Source: an uncultured Chloroflexia bacterium
Lineage (GTDB): Bacteria; Chloroflexota; Limnocylindria; Limnocylindrales; CSP1-4
DNA: 64,000 bases
NCBI GenBank assembly: GCA_963744115.1
Contig: CAVUSI010000001.1
Coordinates: 48,718 to 112,717 of the forward strand
Direction: 5' to 3'
Shown: positions 27,266-36,562 of the stretch, in pieces
Layout of the letters: each line of letters starts with the position of its first letter
How positions within the stretch are numbered: the first letter of the stretch is position 1
The notes under the pieces: generated by a model
Seen by the model: the letters and a program-made list of their open reading frames with translations, nothing else
Databases searched by the model: none
Told to the model about the DNA's origin: nothing
Translations under genes and position numbers: made by a program

Positions 27266-27554
27266 CGGAGGCGTCTCCACGTCGGGTGGTGGTCGCCATG
27301 GCCGACAGCCTCGCGATGAGCGCGGACCGCACGAACCCGACGAGCCGGATGAGTACGGATCCAGCCTCCCGGGGGGCTCGAGCACGCTCAATCACGACAT
27401 CGTCCGGGGCCCTATGGTCCGAACGCCGTCGTCGAGGTGCGGGCACGAGCGGAGCGGTGCGGTCATGGGTCCCCAGGGGCGGTGCACCGACGCTCCACCG
27501 TCGAGCGGTCCGCGCCGCCCCGGCGGATGACCGGGAGCTCGAGGCCCGCCGGGT

Positions 27555-28145
27555 CTACTCGCGGAGTCTCGCCACGAGCTCCGCGAGCGACGGGTTCGAC
27601 CGGTCTCGATCGGACAGGATCGGGCGGCCGTCGGCCGAACCTGGGACGGGCTTCGGCCACCGGACGCCGACCGCCGGGTCGTCCCAGGCGAAGCCGAGCT
27701 CGTCGCTCGCGTCGAACTCGCCTGTCACGAGGTAGATCAGCTCGAGCGCTTCGAGGGCGAGGAACCCGTGAGCGACACCGGCCGGGATCTCGACGGTGTC
27801 GTCGGCGCGCAGCTCGCGGGTCTCGACGACGGCGGCGCCGCTGCCGTCGACGACCGGCCGGACGTCCACCAGCGCCACGAGCGCCCGACCGCTCGCGACG
27901 ATCCAGCGGTCGAGCTGACGCCGATGGTAGTGCAGCCCGCGGAGGACCCCCGGAGCCGACGTCGACAGGTTGGCCTGGACGAACCGGGCGCCGGGCAGGC
28001 CCGCGAGGTCGGCGGGCAACCCGTCGGGCGGATAGGCGCTCGCCCGCCACAGCTCGCGGAAGGACCCGCGCACGTCAGCGTGCCGGACGACGACGCCGTA
28101 GCGGACGCCGGACAACGTCGACGGGGGTCGATGGACATCCGTCAC
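27555..28145 (-). CDS. rmlC: dTDP-4-dehydrorhamnose 3,5-epimerase
   Basis: From GTG 28145 (GGAGGA 5 nt upstream): DVRGSFRELW, VQANLSTSAPGVLRGLHYH, IPAGVAHGFLAL. Confidence 0.9.
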   Translation of the reverse strand: MTDVHRPPSTLSGVRYGVVVRHADVRGSFRELWRASAYPPDGLPADLAGLPGARFVQANLSTSAPGVLRGLHYHRRQLDRWIVASGRALVALVDVRPVVDGSGAAVVETRELRADDTVEIPAGVAHGFLALEALELIYLVTGEFDASDELGFAWDDPAVGVRWPKPVPGSADGRPILSDRDRSNPSLAELVARLRE

Positions 28146-29070
28146 GCCGGTCCTCCGGTCGGTGGCCCGACGCCCGCCGCGTCGCCGCCCGGCGGAGGGT
28201 CGGCGCGTAGTCGGCCAGCGCCTCGGTCCACGGTCGCATCGGCTCGCCCGAGGGCAGCGGACTCGCCTCAAGGACGCCCCAGCGGGGTGGCGTCGACGGG
28301 CGCGCCCAGGTCGCGGCCGGGACTTCCTCGATCTCCACCTCGACCCCGGCCAGACGCAGGACCTCACGCGCCCAGTCGGCCCTCGAGACCGCCCCGAGGT
28401 TGACGTAGTGCACCGTCCCGCCGATCTCGCCGGAGCCGATCAGCTCGGTGATGGCCTCGGCCACGTCCGCGGTGGACGTCGGCGAGCCGTACTCGTCGCC
28501 CACGACCTTGAGCGGCTCGCCGGCCGCCCTGGCGCGCAGCGCCGCGGCGATGATCTTCGTCGGGAAGTCGCCGCCCGGCGGGCCGTACAGCCAGGCGGTC
28601 CGCACGATGGCGGTCATGGCCCCGGCCCGGGCGAAGCTCTCGCGCGCCGCGGCCTCACCGCCGAGCTTGCTCCGGCCGTAGGCGTTGGGCGGGCCCGTCG
28701 GATCGTCCGGGCGATAGCCGTGCCCGTCGGTCCGCGAGCCGTCGAAGACCTCGTTGGTCGACACGTAGATGAGGTCGACGCCCGCCCCGGCACAGGCGGC
28801 GGCGAGCGCCCGCGTGGCGGCCGCGTTCCGTCGGTCTGCCAGGGCGCTGTCCCGGGTCGCCCCGTCGACGTCGGTCCATGCCGCGCTGTGGACGACGACT
28901 TCGGGCCGATCCCGACGGATGAGCCGTGACGGAGCCTCGACGTCGTCGAGGTCGTAGTCGGGACGCGTCCAGGCGATCGGTCCCGCCAGGCCGGCGAAGG
29001 GTGCCTCGGCCAGCGCGCCGATGAGGGCCCGTCCGAGGCGACCGCCCGCGCCCGTCACGGCGACCCGCAC
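28075..29070 (-). CDS. rmlD: dTDP-4-dehydrorhamnose reductase
   Basis: VRVAVTGAGGRLG, VVHSAAWTDVD, YGRSKLGGE (YxxxK). The basic C-terminal tail overlaps the rmlC start by 71 nt. Confidence 0.9.
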   Translation of the reverse strand: MRVAVTGAGGRLGRALIGALAEAPFAGLAGPIAWTRPDYDLDDVEAPSRLIRRDRPEVVVHSAAWTDVDGATRDSALADRRNAAATRALAAACAGAGVDLIYVSTNEVFDGSRTDGHGYRPDDPTGPPNAYGRSKLGGEAAARESFARAGAMTAIVRTAWLYGPPGGDFPTKIIAAALRARAAGEPLKVVGDEYGSPTSTADVAEAITELIGSGEIGGTVHYVNLGAVSRADWAREVLRLAGVEVEIEEVPAATWARPSTPPRWGVLEASPLPSGEPMRPWTEALADYAPTLRRAATRRASGHRPEDRRDGCPSTPVDVVRRPLRRRRPAR

Positions 29071-29071
29071 C

Positions 29072-30208
29072 TCAGTCCGCCTCGGTCGCGGACCCGAGTG
29101 CCGCCGCCGGATCGCCGGCCGACGGGTCCCCCACCTCGGCCGCGGCGGAGCCGGCCAACCGCTGGCCGTACTGGCGGGCGTAATAGGCGTCCCACTCTCC
29201 CGCCTTGATCGGCCGCCACCAGGCTTCGTTGGCGACGAACCAGGCGACGGTCGCGGCCAGGCCGTCGTCGAACGACATTCGCGGCCGCCAGCCGAGCGCG
29301 GCCGCCTTGGATCCGTCCATCGCGTAGCGCCGATCGTGGCCCGGGCGATCCTCGACGGTCCGGACCAGCGACCACGGCTTGCCCAGCAGCTCGAGGATCC
29401 GCCGGACCACTTCTCGATTGGGCAGCTCCGTCGCGCCCGCCAGGTTGTAGGTCTCGCCTGGCGTCCCGTGGCGAAGGACGTGCTCCACGCCGGCCGCGTG
29501 ATCGGCGACGTAGAGCCAGTCGCGGACCTGCATCCCGTCGCCGTACATCGGCAGCGGCAGGTCGTCGATGGCGTTGGTCACGAACAGAGGGATCAGCTTC
29601 TCGGGGTGGTGATACGGACCGTAGGTGTTCGACCCACGGGTGACGACGGCGTCGACCCCGTGGGTGACGACGTAGGAGCGCACCAGGAGCTCGCCGGCCG
29701 CCTTCGCGGCGGCGTACGGCGAACGTGGCGCGAGCGCGTCCGTCTCGACCGAGCTGCCCGTCGCGACCGAGCCGTAGACCTCGTCGGTCGAGACCTGGAG
29801 ATAGCGGATGGACCGGCCGGCCCGCTGCTCCCGGAGGACCGCCTCGAGCAGGACGTGGACACCGATGACGCCGGTCCGCAGGAACGCCTCGGGATCGAGG
29901 ATCGACCGATCGACGTGTGACTCGGCCGCGAAGTTCAGGACCGCGTCCGCGTCGGCGACGAGCGGCCGGACGGTGTCCGCGTCGGCGATGTCGCCCTCGA
30001 CGAAGGTCAGCCGGGCCGCCTCCTCGGGATCGTCGACGGCCGGGCCCAGGTTCGTCCGGTTGCCGGCGTAGGTGAGCTTGTCGAGGACGGCGATCCGGGT
30101 CCCGTCCCGCCGGGCGAGGACCTCGCGCACGAAGCACGACCCGATGAATCCGGCGCCGCCCGTGACGAGCAGGCGTGCACCGGCCCGGGCCCAGGACGGA
30201 TCGCTCAC
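29072..30208 (-). CDS. rmlB: dTDP-glucose 4,6-dehydratase
   Basis: From GTG 30208 (GTGA overlap with the rmlA stop): LLVTGGAGFIGS, NFAAESHVDRS, YAAAKAAGELL, DRPGHDRRY. Confidence 0.92.
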   Translation of the reverse strand: MSDPSWARAGARLLVTGGAGFIGSCFVREVLARRDGTRIAVLDKLTYAGNRTNLGPAVDDPEEAARLTFVEGDIADADTVRPLVADADAVLNFAAESHVDRSILDPEAFLRTGVIGVHVLLEAVLREQRAGRSIRYLQVSTDEVYGSVATGSSVETDALAPRSPYAAAKAAGELLVRSYVVTHGVDAVVTRGSNTYGPYHHPEKLIPLFVTNAIDDLPLPMYGDGMQVRDWLYVADHAAGVEHVLRHGTPGETYNLAGATELPNREVVRRILELLGKPWSLVRTVEDRPGHDRRYAMDGSKAAALGWRPRMSFDDGLAATVAWFVANEAWWRPIKAGEWDAYYARQYGQRLAGSAAAEVGDPSAGDPAAALGSATEAD

Positions 30209-30966
30209 CGGTCGGGCCGCTGGGTCGGCGGCGCGAGGCGACCCTCGGCGTCGTCCGAGGCGGCCAGCTCGGCGGCTCGGAGCAGCGAGGCCACGGTGCC
30301 CGCATCGGCCCACTGGCCCTCGTACACCGGGGCATGGAGGCGGCCATCCGCGACGTAGTGGTTCAGCACGTCGGTGATCTCGAACTCGCCCCGTCCCGAC
30401 GGCGCCAGGTGCTCGATGACGTCGAATGCGTCCGGGCGCAGGAAGTAGACCCCGATCGGGATGAGGTCGCTCTTCGGCTTCGCCGGCTTCTCCTCGAAGC
30501 CGACGACCCGGCCCGCCGGGTCGAGCTCGGCGACGCCGAACCGCTCGGGGTCCGGAACGCGGTAGAGGAGCGTGCCGGCGCCCCACGGCCCCGCCTCGAA
30601 CTCGCGGGCGACCGGCTCGAGCGCCGGGCCGCGCAGGATGTTGTCGCCGAGGACACAGCAGAACGCTTCGTCGCCCACGAAGTCGCGGGCGAGCCCGATC
30701 GCGTGGGCGATCCCGAGCGCCCCGCGCTGGTAGCGGTAGGTCAGATCGAGGCCGAAATGGGCGCCGTCGGCGAGCAGCTCGACGACGTCGCCGACGGACT
30801 TGCCGCCGACGATGACCATCACCTCGCGGATCCCCATCCCCGCCAGCGTCTCGATCGGGTAGTAGATCATCGGCCGGTCGTAGATCGGCAGCAGATGCTT
30901 GTTGGTCACGATCGTGAGCGGGTAGAGCCGGGTGGCCGTGCCACCGGCCAGGACGATGCCCTTCAT
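30205..30966 (-). CDS. rmlA: glucose-1-phosphate thymidylyltransferase (short form)
   Basis: From ATG 30966: MKGIVLAGGTATRLYPLTIVTNKHLLPIYDRPMIYYPIETL ... EKPAKPKSDL. Confidence 0.9.
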   Translation of the reverse strand: MKGIVLAGGTATRLYPLTIVTNKHLLPIYDRPMIYYPIETLAGMGIREVMVIVGGKSVGDVVELLADGAHFGLDLTYRYQRGALGIAHAIGLARDFVGDEAFCCVLGDNILRGPALEPVAREFEAGPWGAGTLLYRVPDPERFGVAELDPAGRVVGFEEKPAKPKSDLIPIGVYFLRPDAFDVIEHLAPSGRGEFEITDVLNHYVADGRLHAPVYEGQWADAGTVASLLRAAELAASDDAEGRLAPPTQRPDR

Positions 30967-31006
30967 CGGGCGGTAGCGTACCAGCGCGCGACGGCCGCGC
31001 CCGGGC

Positions 31007-31948
31007 CTACGGTCCGGGTGTCGCGCTCGCGCACGGCCCGGATCCGTCGGACCCCGCACCGCCGGAGGCGCACGGGGCCGGCGACTGGTCGACCGGCGGC
31101 AGGCCGCCCTTGTAGTCGGTGATCACGAGGACGTACTCGAGCCGGTCGAGGTCCGCGGCGGGCTGGATGAACGCCGTCTGGGTGACCGCGTTCGCGTCGT
31201 GCTCGACATCGACCAGCGAGCCGATCAGCAGGCCCTTGGGGAACGGCGATCGGACGCCGCCGCCCAGGTCGATCCCAGCCGTCACCACGGTATCGCCGAT
31301 CTGGAGCCGCTCCGTCGTATCGATGTTCTCCATGATCAGGACGCCGCCCAGCTGGCCGACGACCGAGCCGGTGGCCTGGTTGGTCCCGAGCTGGCCGATC
31401 ACCGTCGAACCGGTGTCGTTGATCAGGAGGACCGACGCGGAGTCCCCGGTGACGCCGGTGATCCGGCCGACCAGGGCCCCGCCGGCACCCACGACGACAT
31501 CCCCCTCGCGGACGCCGGAATCCGAACCGACGTCGATCGTGACGACGCGGCGGAACTGGGAAGTCTCGCGAGCGATGACCGAACCGGTCACCGTCGAGTA
31601 CTTCAGCGAGCCCTTGACGTCGAGCAGCTCGGTCAGGATGGCGTTCTGCCGCTCGAGCTCCTTCGTCCGGGCGTTCTCAGCCGCCAGTCGGGCGTTGTCG
31701 CGGGCGAGCTGGTCGTTGGTCCGATGGAGCGTCTGGATCTGCGTGACGGTCTGGACCAGGTCCGATGCGCCGCGGGCGACCGAGTCGAGCCCCGCCTGGA
31801 TCGGGCGGAAGGCGAAGCGGACACCGTTCTGGATCTCCAGGGCGGGTCCGCTCGACGAGACGATCATCAAGCCGAGGCTGAGGCCGACCAGGACCACGAA
31901 CAACGCCGTCCGGCGTCGAAGCAGCCGATCTCCGGACAGGGATGTCAC
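31007..31948 (-). CDS. mreC: rod shape-determining protein MreC
   Basis: N-terminal TM, the coiled coil LARDNARLAAENARTKELERQNAILTELL, then GDVVVGAGGALVGRITGV and PFPKGLLIGSL. Confidence 0.9.
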   Translation of the reverse strand: MTSLSGDRLLRRRTALFVVLVGLSLGLMIVSSSGPALEIQNGVRFAFRPIQAGLDSVARGASDLVQTVTQIQTLHRTNDQLARDNARLAAENARTKELERQNAILTELLDVKGSLKYSTVTGSVIARETSQFRRVVTIDVGSDSGVREGDVVVGAGGALVGRITGVTGDSASVLLINDTGSTVIGQLGTNQATGSVVGQLGGVLIMENIDTTERLQIGDTVVTAGIDLGGGVRSPFPKGLLIGSLVDVEHDANAVTQTAFIQPAADLDRLEYVLVITDYKGGLPPVDQSPAPCASGGAGSDGSGPCASATPGP

Positions 31949-31960
31949 CGCGACGGCCGA

Positions 31961-33019
31961 TCAGCGCGGAGCGCGGGCGTACGTGTCCGCGACGAGGACC
32001 CGCTGCATCGCCGGGTTGGTCAGCTGCTCGAGGACGATCCCGGTCCCGCGCGCCACGCAGGTCAGCGGATCGTCGGCGATGTGGACCGGCATCTGGGTCG
32101 CCTCGGCGATCCGCTGGTCCAGGCCCGCGAGGAGCGCGCCGCCGCCGGCCAGGACGATGCCCTGGTCCATGATGTCGGCCACGAGCTCGGGCGGAGTCTC
32201 CTCGATGGTGTCCTTGATCGTATCGACGATCTGCTGGACCGAGGGTTCGATCGCTTCGCGGATCTGGTCGGCGCCGACCTCGACGCTGCGCGGCAGCCCG
32301 GTCAGCAGGTCGCGGCCCCGGAGGGTGACCCGCTGGGCGTCCCACTCCCCGGGGTAGGCGGAGGCGATCGCGATCTTGATGTCCTCCGCGGTCCGCTCGC
32401 CGAGGAACAGGTTGTATTCGCGTCGGGCGAACAGGACGATGTCCTGGTCCATCTCGTCGCCGCCGATCCGGATGCTGCGCGCGACCACGATCCCGCCGAG
32501 GCTGATGACCGCGACCTCGGTCGTCCCACCGCCGATGTCGACGATGAGACTGCCCGACGGCTCACTGACCGGCAGGCCGGCGCCGATCGCGGCGGCCATC
32601 GGCTCCTCGATGAGGCGGGCCCACCGAGCCCCGGCGTTGAGGGCCGCGTCGCGGACCGCCCGCTTCTCGACCTCGGTCACCCCTGACGGGATCCCCAGGA
32701 GCATCCGCGGCCGCGGGATGAGCCCGACCCGGTCGTGAACCCGGTTGACGAAGTACTTGAGCATCTGCTCGGTCACGTCGAAGTCGCTGATGACCCCGTC
32801 GCGCAGCGGTCGGACCGCGATGATGTTGGCGGGCGTCCGACCGACCATCCGCTTGGCCTCGGCGCCGATCGCCAGGACCTTCTTCGTCTTGGCCTCGATC
32901 GCGACCACGCTCGGCTCGCTCATGACGATCCCGCGGTTCCGGACATGGACCAGGGTGTTGGCGGTCCCGAGGTCGATCCCGATGTCACGGGAGAAGTAGC
33001 CGAGGATCCGATCGAGCAT
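31961..33019 (-). CDS. mreB: rod shape-determining actin homolog MreB
   Basis: From ATG 33019 (GAAGGAA upstream): MLDRILGYFSRDIGIDLGTANTLVHV ... DGVISDF ... VVDIGGGTTEVAV. Confidence 0.95.
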   Translation of the reverse strand: MLDRILGYFSRDIGIDLGTANTLVHVRNRGIVMSEPSVVAIEAKTKKVLAIGAEAKRMVGRTPANIIAVRPLRDGVISDFDVTEQMLKYFVNRVHDRVGLIPRPRMLLGIPSGVTEVEKRAVRDAALNAGARWARLIEEPMAAAIGAGLPVSEPSGSLIVDIGGGTTEVAVISLGGIVVARSIRIGGDEMDQDIVLFARREYNLFLGERTAEDIKIAIASAYPGEWDAQRVTLRGRDLLTGLPRSVEVGADQIREAIEPSVQQIVDTIKDTIEETPPELVADIMDQGIVLAGGGALLAGLDQRIAEATQMPVHIADDPLTCVARGTGIVLEQLTNPAMQRVLVADTYARAPR

Positions 33020-33152
33020 GTGCGGGGTAGTTCCTTCGTGGTGACACGGCACGACCTCCGCCGGTCGCTGGGGCGGGTCGCGCGCGTGATCCGAGGGGAA
33101 GCCCGTGCAGTATACCCGGCGCCGCCGCGGGCCCCGGCAGGGTGGTCCGTGC

Positions 33153-33716
33153 CTAGTCGATGCCAGGGACCTTGATGTCGCTGGGGATGATCGGGCCGAG
33201 GATGGTGAGCATGATCGGGACGGTCGTCGAGCGCAGGACGTCGGCGAGCCAGGAGTTCGCCAGGCCGTCGTGGAAGTACTTCAACAGGAAGATCCCGGCC
33301 GCCGTCCGGCCGAGCTGGTTCGATTGCCCGTAGAAGGTGTCGAGGATCGCGATCCCGGCCGACACCAGCAGCGCGCCGACGACCCCGCCGAGGATCGCTC
33401 CGAGCACCTGGTCGGCCATCTCCGAGACGCCGGCGAGCTGGACCGTCCCATACAGACGGCCGATGACGATGTTGCCGGCGATGAACACGACGACGAAGGC
33501 GACCGCGTACCCGAGCATCTCGGCGTAGGCCGGCGGGAGCGTCGTCCAGACCCGATCGATGAGCGCGCCGATCGGCACCCGCAGATAGGCGCCGGCGACG
33601 AAGGCCACGATCAGCATCAACAGCCCGATCAGCTGGAAGACGAGCCCGCGTCTCCAGCCGGTGAACGCCCCGCCGACGATGAACGTCCCGATGACGATGT
33701 CCATGGTCGTGACCAC
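33153..33716 (-). CDS. cvpA: CvpA-family membrane protein
   Basis: 187 aa, four hydrophobic segments. GGAFTGWRRGLVFQLIGLL is the typical CvpA start. GAGGGG lies 5 nt upstream of GTG 33716. Confidence 0.8.
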   Translation of the reverse strand: MVTTMDIVIGTFIVGGAFTGWRRGLVFQLIGLLMLIVAFVAGAYLRVPIGALIDRVWTTLPPAYAEMLGYAVAFVVVFIAGNIVIGRLYGTVQLAGVSEMADQVLGAILGGVVGALLVSAGIAILDTFYGQSNQLGRTAAGIFLLKYFHDGLANSWLADVLRSTTVPIMLTILGPIIPSDIKVPGID

Positions 33717-33787
33717 GCGATCCCCTCATTGCCCAGGCCGAGCCGACCGCGCCACGATAGCGCCCTGGGTCGGGGCTCCGCTGGCCG

Positions 33788-34489
33788 TCAGGCGCGCGGT
33801 CCGGGGCGATCGAACGCGATGCCGCGGTCCCGCAGCGAGACGTAGGCGTCGTGGCCGATGACCAGGTGATCCAGCACGTCGATGTCGAGCAGCCGCCCGG
33901 CCGCGAGCGCCTCCGCCGTCAGGTGGACGTCATCGGGACTGGGGGTCGGGTCGCCGCTCGGGTGGTTGTGGACGAGGATGACCCCGCTGGCGCTCAGCCG
34001 GACCGCGTCGCGGAACAGCTCGCCCACGCGGACCAGGCTCGAGGACACATTGCCCTGGTAGACCGTGGCGACACGGAGAACGACGTTCTTCGTGTTGAGC
34101 AGGACGATCCGGAGCTCTTCCCGCTCGAGCCGGCCCATCTGGAGGATCAGCCGATCGGCCACGTCGAGCGGCGACCGGATGGTCCAGCGCCCGGCGGGCC
34201 AGTCGGCGAGCAACCGCCGACCGAGCTCGAACGCGGCCGCCAGCTGAGCCGCCTTGGCGGCGCCGACGCCCGGGATCGCCTCCAGCTCGAGATCGCTTGC
34301 GCGGGCCAACCCGGTCAGGCCGTCGTGCCTGGCCAGGGCCTCCTCCGCCAGCTCGACCGCGCTGACGCCGCGCGAGCCCGAGCCCCAGATGAGACCGATG
34401 AGCTCGGCTGCGGTGAGCCCGCCCGGTCCCCGCTGGGCCAGCCGCTCACGCGGTCGCTCGGCTTCCGGGATCTCACGGATCGCCCGCAT
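33788..34489 (-). CDS. radC: RadC-family JAB-domain protein
   Basis: From ATG 34489 (GGAGG 5 nt upstream): MRAIREIPEAERPRERL, HhH GVGAAKAAQL, JAMM motif VILVHNHPSGDPTPSPDD. Canonical radC-mreB-mreC neighbourhood. Confidence 0.9.
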   Translation of the reverse strand: MRAIREIPEAERPRERLAQRGPGGLTAAELIGLIWGSGSRGVSAVELAEEALARHDGLTGLARASDLELEAIPGVGAAKAAQLAAAFELGRRLLADWPAGRWTIRSPLDVADRLILQMGRLEREELRIVLLNTKNVVLRVATVYQGNVSSSLVRVGELFRDAVRLSASGVILVHNHPSGDPTPSPDDVHLTAEALAAGRLLDIDVLDHLVIGHDAYVSLRDRGIAFDRPGPRA

Positions 34490-34661
34490 CCTGGCCTCCA
34501 TCGCCGACCGCATCGTTGGTGTCCCCGGACCCGGTCGACGGGAGCCCGCCGATCTCCCCCGCCGCCCAGGCCCGAGGACGTCGCGCAGCCTACGGACCGG
34601 GCCTCACCGGTCCCTCACCAGGCGGTGCACCGGCGCTTTGTGGACGATCGAGCGCCCGACG

Positions 34662-35744
34662 TCAGGTCGCGCCGCCGCTCACTGCCGCGGCGGACAGGAT
34701 CACGAGCACGCCGTTGAACGTGGCGTGCAGCCCGATCGAGGCGGCCAGCGACCGACGCGAGACGAAGATCCAGCCGAGGGCGAACGCCACCGGGATCCGC
34801 GACCCGAAGGCCACCACGGCGGCGCGTCCGGCGTGGTCGAAATCGCTGCCGCTGAGGGTCAGGACGTGGACGAAGGCGAAGAACAGCCCACCCTCGATGA
34901 TCGCCCGACGAGCGCCGAACGAACGCAGCCAGGCGGTCGTGGCGAAGCCGCGGTAGAACAGCTCCTCGCTGATCGGGGCGACGACGGCCGCGGCGAGCAG
35001 GCCCAGGACCAGCGCCGGCGCATCGGTCGGCGGGGCGATCGGGCCCTCGGGCGTGACCCCCATGACCGACACGAGGATCGCGGCGACGATCGAGGTCGCG
35101 AGGATGACCGGGATCGCGGCCGCGGCGCCGATCAGCAGGTCCCCGGCGATCCGCATCGGCGGTGCCGCGAGGACCCCGGTCGCGATCTCGCTCCACCCCA
35201 GCGCGCCGGTCCCGACGACCGTCATCCCGAGCAATCCGAGCCAGACCGCGCCGATCAGCGAGACGCCGATGAGCGTCCCGACGGGCGTTCGGAGGTCGAG
35301 GCCGGCCAGCTGGAACGGCAGCTCGATCAGGAGCGTCAGTGGGACGCTCGCGCCGAAGACGAGGAACGGCGAAGGGCCGCGATAGGCGAGGTCGGACCGA
35401 TCGCGGCGCTCGATGGCCTGGGCGCCGGCCGCGGCCGTCAGCCCGAGACCGAGGAGCAGTGCCCCGACGACCGCGACGACCAGCCCGCCGAGCCCACCCG
35501 AGCCGGAGACGATCGCCACACCGAGAAGGGGGCCACCCATCGCCGTGGCGAGCCAGCCCACCAGATACAGGCCGGGCGCCCGGCGTCCCTCGAGCGAGAA
35601 CGTCTGGAGACCCGGTCGGGACGCAGGTGTCACGACGGGTGCGCCCGGACCCTCGGGCGGGCCAAGGACGGGGGATGCCGAAGGGTCGCCGGTCGGAACG
35701 GCGGCCGGGTCGTCACCGGCCGGTCCGTCGACCGGGCCGGTCAA
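34662..35744 (-). CDS. CPBP-family (CAAX/Abi) intramembrane metalloprotease
   Basis: ISEELFYRGF (EExxxR), FFAFVHV, GLHATFNG. Start tentatively TTG 35744 (TTGA overlap with the upstream stop). The ORF is open to 35915. Confidence 0.78.
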   Translation of the reverse strand: MTGPVDGPAGDDPAAVPTGDPSASPVLGPPEGPGAPVVTPASRPGLQTFSLEGRRAPGLYLVGWLATAMGGPLLGVAIVSGSGGLGGLVVAVVGALLLGLGLTAAAGAQAIERRDRSDLAYRGPSPFLVFGASVPLTLLIELPFQLAGLDLRTPVGTLIGVSLIGAVWLGLLGMTVVGTGALGWSEIATGVLAAPPMRIAGDLLIGAAAAIPVILATSIVAAILVSVMGVTPEGPIAPPTDAPALVLGLLAAAVVAPISEELFYRGFATTAWLRSFGARRAIIEGGLFFAFVHVLTLSGSDFDHAGRAAVVAFGSRIPVAFALGWIFVSRRSLAASIGLHATFNGVLVILSAAAVSGGAT

Positions 35745-36463
35745 CGCTCCGGGACGGGGCCGGGGGACTTGCGGGACGTGCCCCTGATCGGCTTCCGGGT
35801 CGTCGTCGTCCTGGCCTGGGCCGGCTGCCCGGGGTTGGCCTGGGTCGGCCCCGGAGCGACTGCCGGGACCGCGGTGGGTGCGGCGACGGGGAGCGGTGCG
35901 GCCTGCGGCCCCCACAACGCGGGTGATTCGGACCGCTGGACGACGACGGCCGGTCTCGGCGCATTGAACGCCGCGGCGACCTCACGTCGCTCGAAGTCCT
36001 TACCGCACCATGCGCACAGCGACCACTCGAGGCCGACGAGGCGGCTGCAGTTCGGGCAGACCCGATGGAGCCGCGTTCGGCAGGAGGGGCAGAGGAGCCA
36101 CTCGTCGTTGATCCGGCGGTGGCAGCCCGGGCAATGCGGGACCGACTCGACCTCGTTGAGGAGCGCCTCCTCGGCGAGGGCTCGTTCGTTGACGTCGCCG
36201 ATCCGCTCGTGCGGCCGGACGATCCGGTAGATGATCACTGCCAACACGAAGAAGACCGGGGTGAACAGGATGACGAGGCTGGCCGCGAGATAGGGCGCGA
36301 CGGGGTTATCGGTGCGGCCCTGAAGGTCGCGGAACGCCCAGTACGCCGAGGCGAGCCAGAGCCCGACGACGTAGACCGCAGACGCCTTCAGCCCGAACTG
36401 CACGATCGGATTGCCGAAGAAGCCTCCGATCGCCGTTCCGATCGGCGCGAGGATCTGTTCCAT
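35741..36463 (-). CDS. membrane protein with double zinc-ribbon domain
   Basis: 240 aa, two N-terminal TM segments, then CPGCHRRINDEWLLCPSCRTRLHRVCPNCSRLVGLEWSLCAWCG and a Pro/Ala tail. Confidence 0.7.
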   Translation of the reverse strand: MEQILAPIGTAIGGFFGNPIVQFGLKASAVYVVGLWLASAYWAFRDLQGRTDNPVAPYLAASLVILFTPVFFVLAVIIYRIVRPHERIGDVNERALAEEALLNEVESVPHCPGCHRRINDEWLLCPSCRTRLHRVCPNCSRLVGLEWSLCAWCGKDFERREVAAAFNAPRPAVVVQRSESPALWGPQAAPLPVAAPTAVPAVAPGPTQANPGQPAQARTTTTRKPIRGTSRKSPGPVPER

Positions 36464-36562
36464 CGGCTGGTGCTAGCCTCCCGCGGGGCGATGTCCGACA
36501 GCGTCGTCCCGGCGGGCACGGCCGGTGCGTCGGGCGCAGTGTAGCAGGGGCGAACGCGACCG

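Noticed and set aside
28075-28145. The 71-nt overlap between the rmlD tail and the rmlC start, considered as a fifth frameshift
   Set aside because: A shifted frame would end at a TGA forming a GTGA junction with rmlC (28142-28145), which is tempting. But the RmlD catalytic domain is complete either way, and neither C-terminal tail is recognisable, so I cannot support a call.
33788-34489. RadC/JAB protein considered as part of a defence or anti-defence island
   Set aside because: It sits in the canonical housekeeping radC-mreB-mreC context. No nucleases, methylases, toxins or mobile-element genes are nearby.
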